Shown here: positions 49,226 to 60,069 of the stretch, one piece after another | How positions within the stretch are numbered: the stretch's first letter is position 1 | How the letters are laid out: every line of letters starts with the position of its first letter | Source: Dehalococcoidia bacterium | GTDB taxonomy: Bacteria > Chloroflexota > Dehalococcoidia > Plut-88900 | Length of the DNA stretch: 64,000 bases | Reading direction: 5' to 3' | Assembly (NCBI GenBank): GCA_965207225.1 | Contig: CBDBLV010000005.1 | Span: 2,012,974 to 2,076,973 of the forward strand | Notes under the pieces: model-generated | Seen by the model: the letters and a program-made list of their open reading frames with translations, nothing else | The model's database searches: none | Told to the model about the DNA's origin: nothing | Program-made: the position numbers and the translations under genes

Positions 49226-51829
49226 ATGCTCAAGCCCGCAATGATTTTGCTGGTGCTAGCCACTGCGCTCCTGGCCATCCTGCCGACCGGATGTTCCGAC
49301 GAGACTACCCCTACACTCATCCCCAATCCATCCGACACACCTGCTCCCACGCCCACGGCAACGCCCATATCCGTGCCGGCCGACACATCTATTCCTTCAC
49401 CCGTGCCTACTTCCACTCCCACACCCGCTCAGACCGCAACGGCCACGCCCGCGGCGACGCCCGTCCCCGCGCTGGCCGACACACCTACTCCTACACCCTT
49501 TCCTTCACCCGTGCCTACTTCCACTCCCACAGCCACTCAGACCGCAACGCCCACGCCTGTTCCCACAGCCACCCCGACGGCGACGCCCACTCAGACCGCA
49601 ACGCCCACGAGCACGCCGACGCCGATACCCAACCCCAGCATCCAATCGTTCGCGGCCATCCCTCTGACGATTGAGGACGGAGATTCAAGCACGCTGGACT
49701 GGACTACCACGGGGGCATCGTCTGTCACGGTCAGCGGTGTAACCGGACCGCTGCCCGTTGACGGCAGGACCGTGGTCAGGCCCGCTGCAACCACCACCTA
49801 TACCCTGACCGCGACCAACGAGGTTGGAACGGAGGTTTCCAAGTCTGTCACCATTACGGTCACATATCCAATCGTTTCCCTGGACGTGAACGGGACGACC
49901 ATTCTCAGTTCAATCGGCAGGACTTCTCAACTGTCAGTCACTGCCTCCCGGTCGGACGGATCGAGTCACGTGGTCGATAACTCGCTCGTGGAGTGGGGAT
50001 CTTCGGATCCCTGGGTGGCGTCGGTGTCGGAGGGGTTAGTCACTGCTGTCGGGGGTGGCAAGACCGTCATTCATGCGGCTTACCAGGGCCTGACTGCGGA
50101 GATGGACGTCTCGGTGCGAATCTCAAGGAGGTCGACCGGCACCGTCCGCGTCCTGTACGCCATACCTTCAGACCGGGAATTCCTGCCGGAAGCTAGTGAA
50201 ACAATCGCCGACATCATGGTAGACCTGCAGTCCTGGTATCGTCGGGAACTTCGCGGCCTGACGTTCTCAGTCTACGAGATAGTTCCTGAGGTGTGCCGTA
50301 TGAGCGAGCCTGAAGACTTCTACGCACGTGGCGACGCCTGGAAGAATGTAGTGGAGGGGGTGCAACATTGTGGACCAGTGCAGCAAAACTCTCCAGGTTT
50401 TGTGTGGGTTCTGTACGTGGATGTGATGGAACCGTGTGATGAGACCCACGAGCTGGGCGCCGGTGGGGCGGGCCTCACTATTCTGGGGGACGTCAGGGAT
50501 GGCTTCGTCCGAGGATCGTTCTACTTCTGTGGCGAAGGGCCGTATTACCGAACGTCAGAGCAATGGATTGGAGGACTTGGCCATGAACTGGGTCACGCGC
50601 TTGGACTTCCTCACCCGCCAGGGTGCGATGCGGGTCTTCCCACATGCGATCGAGAGGCACTGATGGGAAGCGGCAATTATGTGTACCCGGAAACATATCT
50701 GCGCGCAGACAACAAGGAAGTATTGATCCGTTCGCCGTTCATTGGTACCGAGCCTGTGCCAGGTCGTGACCCGGATGACGTCGCAAACGCTTCGAGCGTT
50801 AGCGGTGTTGCGTACGGGACAGGTGGTCAGCCGTTACAGGGTATTCGGGTCTCTCTGGTAGGCGAGGACTTCTGGAACTGGGGAGAGACTGGTGGTGATG
50901 GGTCATTCGTCATTCCTGTACCCGAGGGCGTGTCAGGTTCCTCTTTGCTCAGCGTTCACGCGGGCGAGGCTGGTGAGTGCCGATGGCTGGGCTACCACGG
51001 ACCTGACGGCATCACAACGGCGCAACCACAGGCGACACGGGTCGAGATTGGCGGCGGAAATGTGTCCGGGATTGAGATTCGGCTCCCTGCAATCGGGAAC
51101 AATCCGTGCCTTGGGGAGAGGAAGGTCGCGGGTGTAGTACTGGGCCCAGATGAGAAGCCAGTCGAGGGAATCTGGTTGGGGGCATGGTTGGGAACAGTTG
51201 GTGCATGGGTCCGGAGCGGGGAGGATGGAACCTTTGAGTTCTCTGTCCCGGAAGGCTGGGTAGGCTCTCCTATTCTGAGGATCCACGCCGACGAAGTTCC
51301 ACACTTTCCAGACTGCGGAATAGTGGGATTCTACGGACCCGGTGGGTTTACGACGTGGCCCGAAGAGGCATCGCTTGAAATCGGCGGCATTGGAGCCCCG
51401 GGACTCGAGATTCGACTGCCGGCCAGTCCGGATGAGCTATGCCGTGGACAGACGGTGGTGGCTGGAACGGTCCTCGGACCGGACGACGAGCCGGTTGAAG
51501 GGTTCCGGATCGGGCTAATCGATGCAGAACCCAGGGGCTTCTGGCCACGAAAGTGGGGAGAGACCGGGCCCGATGGCACCTTCGAGATCCGCCTGCTGGC
51601 AGGCCAGTTCGGCTCATTTGTCGTGGGAGTTTACGCTGACGAGGAGGAGATCAGTATCGTTTGCAACCAGCTGGGATTCTATGGACCCAGCGGGTTCACT
51701 ACTGTAGCGGATGATGCGACGCAGATAGAGGCCGGTCGTTCCGATGTGAAGGGCATCGAGATAGGGCTCCCGGCCAGCACGGATCAATTGTTGCCCGAAA
51801 GGGTGGGCGGCTACTACTGCGGGGAATGA
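49226..51829 (+). CDS. Lipoprotein: Pro/Thr stalk, Ig-like domain, zinc metallopeptidase, three beta-sandwich repeats
   Basis: PTGC lipobox, HELGHALGLPH, repeated GVVLGPD...GFYGP. Confidence 0.8.
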   Translation: MLKPAMILLVLATALLAILPTGCSDETTPTLIPNPSDTPAPTPTATPISVPADTSIPSPVPTSTPTPAQTATATPAATPVPALADTPTPTPFPSPVPTSTPTATQTATPTPVPTATPTATPTQTATPTSTPTPIPNPSIQSFAAIPLTIEDGDSSTLDWTTTGASSVTVSGVTGPLPVDGRTVVRPAATTTYTLTATNEVGTEVSKSVTITVTYPIVSLDVNGTTILSSIGRTSQLSVTASRSDGSSHVVDNSLVEWGSSDPWVASVSEGLVTAVGGGKTVIHAAYQGLTAEMDVSVRISRRSTGTVRVLYAIPSDREFLPEASETIADIMVDLQSWYRRELRGLTFSVYEIVPEVCRMSEPEDFYARGDAWKNVVEGVQHCGPVQQNSPGFVWVLYVDVMEPCDETHELGAGGAGLTILGDVRDGFVRGSFYFCGEGPYYRTSEQWIGGLGHELGHALGLPHPPGCDAGLPTCDREALMGSGNYVYPETYLRADNKEVLIRSPFIGTEPVPGRDPDDVANASSVSGVAYGTGGQPLQGIRVSLVGEDFWNWGETGGDGSFVIPVPEGVSGSSLLSVHAGEAGECRWLGYHGPDGITTAQPQATRVEIGGGNVSGIEIRLPAIGNNPCLGERKVAGVVLGPDEKPVEGIWLGAWLGTVGAWVRSGEDGTFEFSVPEGWVGSPILRIHADEVPHFPDCGIVGFYGPGGFTTWPEEASLEIGGIGAPGLEIRLPASPDELCRGQTVVAGTVLGPDDEPVEGFRIGLIDAEPRGFWPRKWGETGPDGTFEIRLLAGQFGSFVVGVYADEEEISIVCNQLGFYGPSGFTTVADDATQIEAGRSDVKGIEIGLPASTDQLLPERVGGYYCGE

Positions 51830-51984
51830 AGTGGCCGGTCATCGCCACTAGATGTGGCCTAGTTTCGGGCTCATCGATTTGGCATTCGACAGGCTGATAC
51901 ATGGAATAGAACACATGCCCCCGGTTGTCTGTCCTCTTCGATCCTTACCCGGGGCCGGTAAACACTCGACAGAGAGAGGTAGTG

Positions 51985-54561
51985 ATGCTTCCTATGACTA
52001 GTCGCCGACTCTCTCTCTTGCTGATCGTTGCCCTCGCGCAGGCGTCGGGCCTGGTACTGGCGGCATGCAGCGACGACGCCGAGCCCCCAGTCGCCCGCAT
52101 GACCATCCCAACGTCCACTGCCACACCGTCAGCCGTTCCTACGGCAATACCCACTTCCTCATCCGTGCCTACGCCGAAGCCGACAGCCGCGCCTATGCCT
52201 ACGCCGGAGCCGACAGCCACAGCAACCGCCTCGCCCACGCCAGTACCCACGCAGACCCCAACGCCCACCGCAGCGGCCACGTCAGTTCCCTCCGACACTC
52301 CCACGCCGACGCCGACCGCCACACCCACACCCTCACCCACGCCGACCCCAGCGACGACTCCTACGGCCGCGGCAACGGCAACACCGACGCCATTTCCGAC
52401 CCCTGAGCCGAGTCCGACCGCCACCTCTACCGCGACACCCGCACCCACTCCAACGCCCGTTGCCATTGACATCACCCCGGTCGGCGGCGGTGTCTCCATT
52501 ACCTCGGAAGACCAGATCATCGTGGAGCTCAAGACCGACGATATTGTGCCAGCAAATCCGTTCGACTTGGCCGGCCGATCCCTGGTCTTCACTCCCGACG
52601 GGAGCGGCGGATACTCGCGCTCGGTCCACGCACTCGCCTGGGAAGAGGACATCGGATCCCCGGAGAAGAACAACGCGGAGATCGAGTTGCCCTTTCAATT
52701 CAGATTTTCCGGCCAGGATTGGGGTTCGTTCTTCCTCAGCCGCTACGGCCTGGTCACCTTCGACGAGCCCTACCCCTTCCCTCGGAATGGGCCCGACCGA
52801 TGGGGAACGATGTCGCAGATTGCCGCCCATATCAGCTCGCTCAACGCAATCAGTGCGCTCTACAAGCCGATGCTCGGAGGGTGGAGCCCCTGGGACGCCG
52901 ATGAGGCTGGAAACACGCAGCACGTCTCCCGCAGACCGGATCGGGTCGTCCTCACCTGGATCACGGAAGATCACAGATTCTATGTCCACGGGCGTCCGCA
53001 CACGGAGAAAACCCGTTTCCAGATGGTCCTGCACGCCGATGGCCGCGTCGCGTTCAACTACGCCCCTGAACCCGAAAACTCCGAGGAAGCGATCCGGGAC
53101 GGCATCGTGGGGCTGTTCCCAGGAGCGAGCCAGACCGAGCTGATCGCAAGGATCTCCAGTGCAACGCAGTCCTCCGCTCCCGATCACCTCGACCTCTTGG
53201 AAATCGCCGTCCATCGCACCTCGCATCCGGACTTCGTGATGGTCGAGTTCACAACGAGGGGGCCCATCCGTCCTGAACCGAACCTGGAATTCACCTATTT
53301 TCTGTTTGTCGATGCGGACCGGCCTTGGTGGACAGACCGGTACCGTGACAGGGACGATCAAGATTTGTACTGGTCTGTGACGGTGGGTCCGGACGGCAAC
53401 AGTTGGACGCGCGGTCCTGGCGCCGTCGGTTCACACTGGAGCGACAATCGGGTTTTCTTTACAGTTCGTTTGAGCGACCTCGGCGTCACTTCTGCGTCCG
53501 TCGTCGCCAACGCGGGGGAACGGAATGTCGCCACGAAGTCCTGGGGACGTCCCGGAAATGCCAACACCGATCCCGTGCTCATCGAGTTCCCCGTAGCGCC
53601 GGAACTGGAAACCGACCTGTCCCGCCCGGCATCCCGAAGCTCGGCGGCGCAGCACGAAGTGTTCCAACATGTCCACCCGAAGGACGACCTCATTCCGCTG
53701 GCCTGCCGAATCATCGATGCCCTGGGGGACGAGTTCGATCTCATTGTGTTCCACAGCCAGTTCCGAACCGACCATCAGTTCAACGGCTCCTGGTGGGGCT
53801 ATTACCCCGGGAACGTGGCCGTCAAGGGGATCGGGCAGGAGAGAGTCCACCACAGGAAGTCCTCCTGCTCCGCCCGGATGCGTGGGCAGTGGAACTTCCC
53901 TATCTGGGTGAAATCCAGTTACGTTGCCAACATAGACGGCGCGGGCGAATACCTGGCCAGTCCCAAGGGCCTTTGGCACTTTGGCCATGAGTTCACCCAC
54001 ACCTGGACTGCGTCCGTTGGGTACTTGAATAACGGGGAATACGAGCCCCTGCACGACGGATCTCACTGGGTGCTGGCACTCCATACCGTGGCGCCGTTTC
54101 CCTGGGAGGGGCCGCCGCAAGGGTCCATCATGGGCGGGCGCTTCTGGCGCGAGAACAGCGACGGCACGTTCACGCCCGTTACGACCGGCTGGGGAGGACT
54201 CTCCTGGCTCGATCTGTACCTGGCGGGCCTCGCCACGCCTAGCGAGGTGCCGGACATGTTCATCCTAAGGAACCTTCAAGAAACCGGGGGCGGCTGGCGT
54301 GGCCCCCACACGGGAGAAAAGGAAGTCATCTCTATAGAGCAGATTATCGCCGCCGAGGGGCCGAGAGACCCGCCAGCGGCGCGATCGCAGAAGACGTTCA
54401 ATGCCGGATTCGTCTACCTGACCCTGCCCGGTGAGCCTCCTGACCCGGACCTGTTGGAGTTGCACGCGCTGTTTGTTGATGGAGCGGTTGTCTACTGGCG
54501 CCATGTCACCGGCGGCCGGGGGAGCCTCACCACCAAGTTGGTTCTGTTGGAGGGATCGTGA
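51985..54561 (+). CDS. Lipoprotein: Pro/Thr stalk and putative zinc metallopeptidase
   Basis: LAAC lipobox, GHEFTH, LDLYLAGL. Confidence 0.8.
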   Translation: MLPMTSRRLSLLLIVALAQASGLVLAACSDDAEPPVARMTIPTSTATPSAVPTAIPTSSSVPTPKPTAAPMPTPEPTATATASPTPVPTQTPTPTAAATSVPSDTPTPTPTATPTPSPTPTPATTPTAAATATPTPFPTPEPSPTATSTATPAPTPTPVAIDITPVGGGVSITSEDQIIVELKTDDIVPANPFDLAGRSLVFTPDGSGGYSRSVHALAWEEDIGSPEKNNAEIELPFQFRFSGQDWGSFFLSRYGLVTFDEPYPFPRNGPDRWGTMSQIAAHISSLNAISALYKPMLGGWSPWDADEAGNTQHVSRRPDRVVLTWITEDHRFYVHGRPHTEKTRFQMVLHADGRVAFNYAPEPENSEEAIRDGIVGLFPGASQTELIARISSATQSSAPDHLDLLEIAVHRTSHPDFVMVEFTTRGPIRPEPNLEFTYFLFVDADRPWWTDRYRDRDDQDLYWSVTVGPDGNSWTRGPGAVGSHWSDNRVFFTVRLSDLGVTSASVVANAGERNVATKSWGRPGNANTDPVLIEFPVAPELETDLSRPASRSSAAQHEVFQHVHPKDDLIPLACRIIDALGDEFDLIVFHSQFRTDHQFNGSWWGYYPGNVAVKGIGQERVHHRKSSCSARMRGQWNFPIWVKSSYVANIDGAGEYLASPKGLWHFGHEFTHTWTASVGYLNNGEYEPLHDGSHWVLALHTVAPFPWEGPPQGSIMGGRFWRENSDGTFTPVTTGWGGLSWLDLYLAGLATPSEVPDMFILRNLQETGGGWRGPHTGEKEVISIEQIIAAEGPRDPPAARSQKTFNAGFVYLTLPGEPPDPDLLELHALFVDGAVVYWRHVTGGRGSLTTKLVLLEGS

Positions 54562-55203
54562 ACATGTGAAAACGAAGAGGCTAGGGAAAGCCGCCCTATA
54601 AGGTGGGCTGATCAACGCTGCAGTACGACCTCCCACCGAAAAGTTCGCAAATCGGTACGCCATGACCCACCACTGCAGGACTTTCCCATACCCTCCCCCA
54701 TTGTCCCTGTATGTATCAGTAAGGCCCGCTGCGTAGCTGTTCTAAGTATCATCAGTCTCCGCCTCGGGGGAGATCGTCTACGCGACGGGTTCGGCCAGGG
54801 CGATGCTGCCTCTTGGCGCCGCCTCTTTAACAATCTCTCCAGAGGATAACGCTGACAGACCGGGGGAAGCGCGCTAGCTGATGGGCCACCACCATCTCTT
54901 CCCGACAGAGGGCTTGGACTGGCGCCGACGACCCGGAATCTCGATTCGGCTGCTGGCTGAACATCCTGAGCTGGCGCACGACCGTATCCAGTCGCCAGAC
55001 GTCGAGGGGCTTTGCTCCACGACTCGAGTGTGCCTCAGGCACCGACTCGGCAGTCGACGATGTGGCGAGCGGCAGGCGCCTACACGTCCAAGTCGACGTC
55101 CTGTCAATGCTAAGTTAGATTTGACCCTTTTCCGCTAAGTTAGAACTGACCCACCTTGTCGTTAAGTCGCCTCCTTTCTGGCAAGCAAGAGTGCCTGTTG
55201 GAT

Positions 55204-56007
55204 TTAGACGTCGCCGGAGCTAGCGGCTTCAGGCGATGTCGATAGCAGTTGATGGGAGGCGAAGAGTCCGGCCTGCCTCTTGCCTTTAAGCCGGTAGCTC
55301 TCGCCTCGGATGTTGAGGACGTGGCTGTGGTGCAGCAGCCGGTCCAGGATGGCCGAGGCGATGACGGTATCGCCCAGAAGCTCACCCCACTCGGCGAAGC
55401 CCTTGTTGGAGGTGAGGATGATGCTGCCCCGCTCATAGCGAGCCGACACCAGGGTGAAGAAGGCGGTGGAGGCGTCCCGGTCGTAAGGCCAGATGCCGAA
55501 CTCGTCCACGATGAGTAGCTTGGGCGACAGGTAGACCCGCATGCGCCGTTGGAGGTTGTTCTCCACCCTGGCCTTCCTCAGGTCCTCCATCAGGTCGTAG
55601 GCTCGGACGAAGTAGGCCCCCTGGCTCTTCTCGATGGCCTTGAGCGCTAGGGCCACCGCCAGATGGGTCTTGCCCACACCTGGCGGTCCCAGGAGCAGCA
55701 GGTTGGTGGCTTCAGCGACGAAGGACAGGCCGGCCAGTTCCCGCACCTGTCGCTCGTCGATGGAGGGCTGGAACGAGAAGTCGAACTGCTCCAAGGTCCG
55801 GTGGAAGGGGAGGTGAGCCAGCTTCGTCCTGGTGGACATGTACCGCTCCTTCCGGGCGGCCACTTCCACGCCGAGTAGCTCTGCCAGCATCTCGGGGTAG
55901 GTCAGTTTCTTGGTGGCCGCAGCGTCCAGGGAGTTGTCCAGGGCTTCGACGGCCTGCTTGAGGCCCAGCGTCTCCAGGTGCTGGCGAGCCTGTTCCAGCG
56001 CGATCAT
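55204..56007 (-). CDS. istB: IS21 helper ATPase
   Basis: Identical to copy 1. Confidence 0.95.
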   Translation of the reverse strand: MIALEQARQHLETLGLKQAVEALDNSLDAAATKKLTYPEMLAELLGVEVAARKERYMSTRTKLAHLPFHRTLEQFDFSFQPSIDERQVRELAGLSFVAEATNLLLLGPPGVGKTHLAVALALKAIEKSQGAYFVRAYDLMEDLRKARVENNLQRRMRVYLSPKLLIVDEFGIWPYDRDASTAFFTLVSARYERGSIILTSNKGFAEWGELLGDTVIASAILDRLLHHSHVLNIRGESYRLKGKRQAGLFASHQLLSTSPEAASSGDV

Positions 56008-57239
56008 CGCCCACCTCCCACCGCTGCCAACTCGTACACCTCCAGGGAGCGGCGCTCCACTTGGCCCACAGGGATCTGCACCGCCACGGCTTCCTTACGA
56101 GGACGATCATCGCCGCCGGGCAGTCCGTCCCACTGGCCCGGCAGTGTGAGGCGCTGACCGGTCCGCTGGGCTTGGGGATGCACCGCCAGCCGCACGTCGC
56201 CCGACCAGACCTCCACCGTACCGGCCCGCACACCCACCTGGACCGTCGAACCCGCCCAGCTCCAGGGCACGCCGTAGCGAGACCTCTCCCAGTGGACGTA
56301 GCCGTCCCTGGCCACCTTCCGCTCCTCCCGCATGTAGGGCGCAAGGCCCGAACGCGGCGGCAGGCTGCCCAGGTGGGCGAGCTCCTCAGCCAGCATCTCT
56401 CGGGGGACCCGGTGCGTCGTCCCATGGACTCGCCGATTGGCCACCGCATCGCACCACTCCAGGGCCTGGCGGTTCATGTCTGCGTCGTCGGTGAAGCGGA
56501 CACCGGGCCACAGGTTGCCCCGGACGTACTTCACGCCGCTCTCCACCTTGCCCTTCGTCTGCGCTCGGTAGGGTCGGCACAGACGGAGGTCGAAGCCCAT
56601 TCGCAGTGAGAAGTCCAGCATCCGGCTGTTCCACTCCGGCCTGCCCTCCCTGTCACGCCCCAGGACCACCACCTTGGCGTTGTCGTACAGGCAGCGGCGG
56701 GGAACACCACCGAAGTACTCGAAGGCGTTCAGATGGCACCTGATGAAGGTCGCCACGTCGGCGCGCCGGACGAACTCCACGTAGATGGTCCGAGACCAGC
56801 TCAGCACCATCACGAAGGCCCAGACCCGGTGCTTGCGCCCGTCCTCTCCGACATAGGCGAAGCTGCCCCAGTCCACCTGTGCCTGCTCGCCTGGCGCCGT
56901 CTCGAACCGCACCGTCGCACGGGGCTGACGCGGCCGACGCCGAGGCCGCACGTAGTTGGTCAGCGTCGGATAGCTGCCGTCGTAGCCCAACTCCCGGATC
57001 TCCCGCAGCAGCACCACGCAGTTGTCCACTCCCGCCGACAGCCGACCATCTATGTGACCCTTGTATGGGTCCAGCTTCGACCCCTGCTTCTCTCGCCGCT
57101 TGGCCTTGGGCACCTCGTCGGAGCGCACGTACTTGCGCACGGTGTTCCGGGAAATCCCCAACTCCCTCGATATCCCTCGGATCGAGCTTCCATCGCCCTT
57201 CAACTCGTATAACTCTCTCACTAACCCACCTCCTATCAT
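56004..57239 (-). CDS. istA: IS21 transposase
   Basis: Identical to copy 1. Confidence 0.95.
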   Translation of the reverse strand: MIGGGLVRELYELKGDGSSIRGISRELGISRNTVRKYVRSDEVPKAKRREKQGSKLDPYKGHIDGRLSAGVDNCVVLLREIRELGYDGSYPTLTNYVRPRRRPRQPRATVRFETAPGEQAQVDWGSFAYVGEDGRKHRVWAFVMVLSWSRTIYVEFVRRADVATFIRCHLNAFEYFGGVPRRCLYDNAKVVVLGRDREGRPEWNSRMLDFSLRMGFDLRLCRPYRAQTKGKVESGVKYVRGNLWPGVRFTDDADMNRQALEWCDAVANRRVHGTTHRVPREMLAEELAHLGSLPPRSGLAPYMREERKVARDGYVHWERSRYGVPWSWAGSTVQVGVRAGTVEVWSGDVRLAVHPQAQRTGQRLTLPGQWDGLPGGDDRPRKEAVAVQIPVGQVERRSLEVYELAAVGGGR

Positions 57240-57462
57240 TTGACTTGCTGCACCTCCTAATCGGTTTCCCGACGAAGATGCGTCCGCTATCGGGGTGGGT
57301 CAATTCCAAATTAGCGCTACTGGGTCAGTTTAGAGTTAGCACTAACACCGGAGCGTAGTTCCCGGTGGAATGAGTCGTCCTGCCGAACGGAGCTTCAACT
57401 TCAGCGCCAACTCGCTCACCTCCTGTGGTTTGCTGTGGTTCATCGGATCGCAGCCCTTGCCA

Positions 57463-58690
57463 GAGAGTGTGAACAAATCAAGCGCCGAAAAAGACCTCAC
57501 GCATGGTGGCACCACGCATGGTCTGCAATCGGGGAGCCGTTTCTTGCAGTAGCGGGGGTGTACAGGAAATGGAGTTTGGTGACTGACTGGTCAAAGTCGT
57601 GATTTCGTAGCTGAATCAGGGGCAAAACCCTCTCTACTGGACGTGAGCGGTGAGCAATCTGGTGAAAGGGCGGATTCCGGTCTCCGATGACAAAAAGAGG
57701 CTTGAGGTGTGGGTATGTGACGCGGGCAAATTCGGCGGCCCGATGACAAAAGCGGCCCAAAAGGCCGCTTGAGGTGGGGGTGCGTGACGCCGGACGGGAT
57801 AGATTCCGAAGCCGGAACGAGTTCCCCGTCAAGAACGAAGAGTCGATGAGGACGACCCAACACGGCGTCGAGGACGGCGGGGACTTCGAGAACGTGTACC
57901 ACATGAGACTCTTGGACCTCCTGAAAGAGCTGGCGTGAAAGCTGGGCAACGACAGCACCGAGGCACGCTTCAACGGGCCGCAGCACTCCGCAAGAGAGTG
58001 TGAACAACGGATATGCGATCCGGAACCTCCCATGCGCAGGTGCGGAGATGCACCTGCACGCGTGGGGTTACGAAACCGCACCCTTCGCGCTGTAGCTGGG
58101 GTGTACAGGGAAGTGGTGTTGGGTTGGAAAATCCAAGTGAGGTCATTTCGTAGCTGGAGCAGGAGGAAATAGCCTCCTATTGGACGTAACTGGGAAGCAC
58201 TTTGGGGGAAGGGCTCCTTCCGGCAGTGACTTGGAAAACCACGGTGTCAGAGTTGGATATTCCAACTGCGAAGACATGGGCCGGACTTGGAAGAGTCTCG
58301 AATGAAACTTGGATTCTCCAGGTGAGAAGGCTTTGGACACGCGGGAGAGTGTGAACAAACGAAAAACGCTTGGATACTATCCACGGTGTGCATCGCCAGT
58401 GATGCACCCTCCGAGGTCGTCGTGAATCGCCCTGACAGACGCAGTGGTAGGGGTGTACAGGAAACTGAGTTTTGTGAGGAATCGAAGAGTCGGTCGCGGC
58501 AAAGCTGAAATAGCCGTAAACAGCCCCCTACAGGACGTGCTCAGTGAACGACTTTTTGAAAGAGTGCGTTCAGGTCAATCTGCTCAAAACCCGTTGGATG
58601 GTGGGGGGCACGCATCGCGGGAAGTCGGCGGGTGGAGCGTAAAACGGGGCGATAAACACCGGGGACGTGGGGGAGTATGACGCCGGGCGG
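57463..58690. repeat. Three diverged tandem copies of the ICE control region
   Basis: GAGAGTGTGAACAA at 57463, 57994, 58345; GGGGTGTACAGG at 57555, 58098, 58450. Confidence 0.8.
57846..57938 (+). pseudogene. Truncated homologue of regulator 1866..2723
   Basis: MRTTQHGVEDGGDFENVYHMRLLDLLKELA*. Confidence 0.8.
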
Positions 58691-59015
58691 CAACCGGGGG
58701 CCAACGGCCTGGCCGGGATGGTGTGGAGACCGTGATAGGACCGGTCAATAGCTCCTGGTCGTCACTGGATGGGACTTGGCGCAAGGCCGCGCTCTCCGGC
58801 ACGCGGAGGGCACGGGAGAATGGGGAGTGTATGGATACACTGAGGCGCTTGCTGTCCCTGTGGCTATGGTCGAAGTGACAGGCTTGACTATGCACAAGGT
58901 CGGATCGTCAAGGATGTGAACTTTAGTTGAAGTGGATATGAACTAAATCAACCGATCTGGGCCATAACGCCGTCAAAGCCTTCTCAACGCCGCGACGGTC
59001 TGCTAATAATGGTTG

Positions 59016-59527
59016 CACTGTTTGGCTTTCTCCAAGGTTTCCGACCATAGAAACCTGGGTGCGTGATCCCTGTTGCACGGGCTTTGCCCAAGAGGGAATG
59101 CTGGCGATGCGGAGTGACAAGCCCTTCGCAACCAGCGCGGGCCGATTCGACGGAGTGAACAAGCCCTCCGTTCTCGGCTCAGTCCAGAGGGCTGAAGTTT
59201 GACGTTGGTCCTTCACCCGCTGGGCAATCGTCCGGCGCATCGGAGTTGATCGCTCCGGTTGCTGGGCACAGGTCCAACGGCTGGGGTTGATCACCTCAAC
59301 GTCGGACCCATGGGACTCGGTGTGCGTTCAGCGTCTCGCCCCCGGCAAACTGGTTGAAGTGCGCCTGTCGCCTCGGCTAGTTCAGCATGTCTGCGGTCAG
59401 GCTGGCAAACAGCTAGGCTACAGCTTCGCAACGCGCCGGTCTGTAGCTCTGAGCAGGCTGGCCGCTTCACGTCCCGCAGCTTTCCCGTTGTCGTTGTTCA
59501 CCTCGGGCCGGACTGCGTCCTCTTCTC
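59016..59527 (+). ncRNA. Putative large structured ncRNA or ssDNA element, copy C
   Basis: Homologue of 1291-1766 with one extra hairpin; TGCTAATAAT upstream. Confidence 0.6.
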
Positions 59528-60069
59528 GTTGCGTCATCCTGTGGTTTGCGCCGCAGGTCAGACGCTTCCCCTCATCGCGGCTTCTTCCCGACTGACGATG
59601 CTCGTCCTGGGCCGAGCTGCGCCTTTCGCATTCCACTCCGTAACACGCGTCCGGCATTCGACCGTGGGCGGAGTGCGTCTTCCGTCGAACGATCCCATCA
59701 CGCACGCACAACCCACGCCACGGATGCCGCGCGGGTCAACAACCAGAAGGAGGTGCACATGCACATTGAGTAACCGGTAGGCGAGGTCGAGGGCGTCGCA
59801 GTCTGCTTCGGCAGCTTTGGCGTCTCGACATACGGCCTGGAGTCCACTTCGTCGCTGACGATCGGGGCTTCCGGCTTCTCGCATACAAGACCCATAGCAG
59901 TTGGCGAGCACAGGGCCGCTTCTCTTCACCAAGAGGAGCGGCCCTTCTCTTTGCAAACACAAACCCACGGAGACAGTCCCGGCATTCGGGACAACCAATT
60001 CGAGCGGGACTGTCTCCACCCCACGGGGGTGGTGGGCCGTCCCGCTTCTTCATTGAAAGGAGAAGCGAC

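Larger units (their letters stand above)
55102..57347 (-). mobile_element. IS21-family element, copy 2
   Basis: Same length and ORF translations as copy 1; no target duplication. Confidence 0.95.

Noticed and set aside
54562-55101. Short ORFs before IS21 copy 2
   Set aside because: No recognisable motif, RBS or repeat
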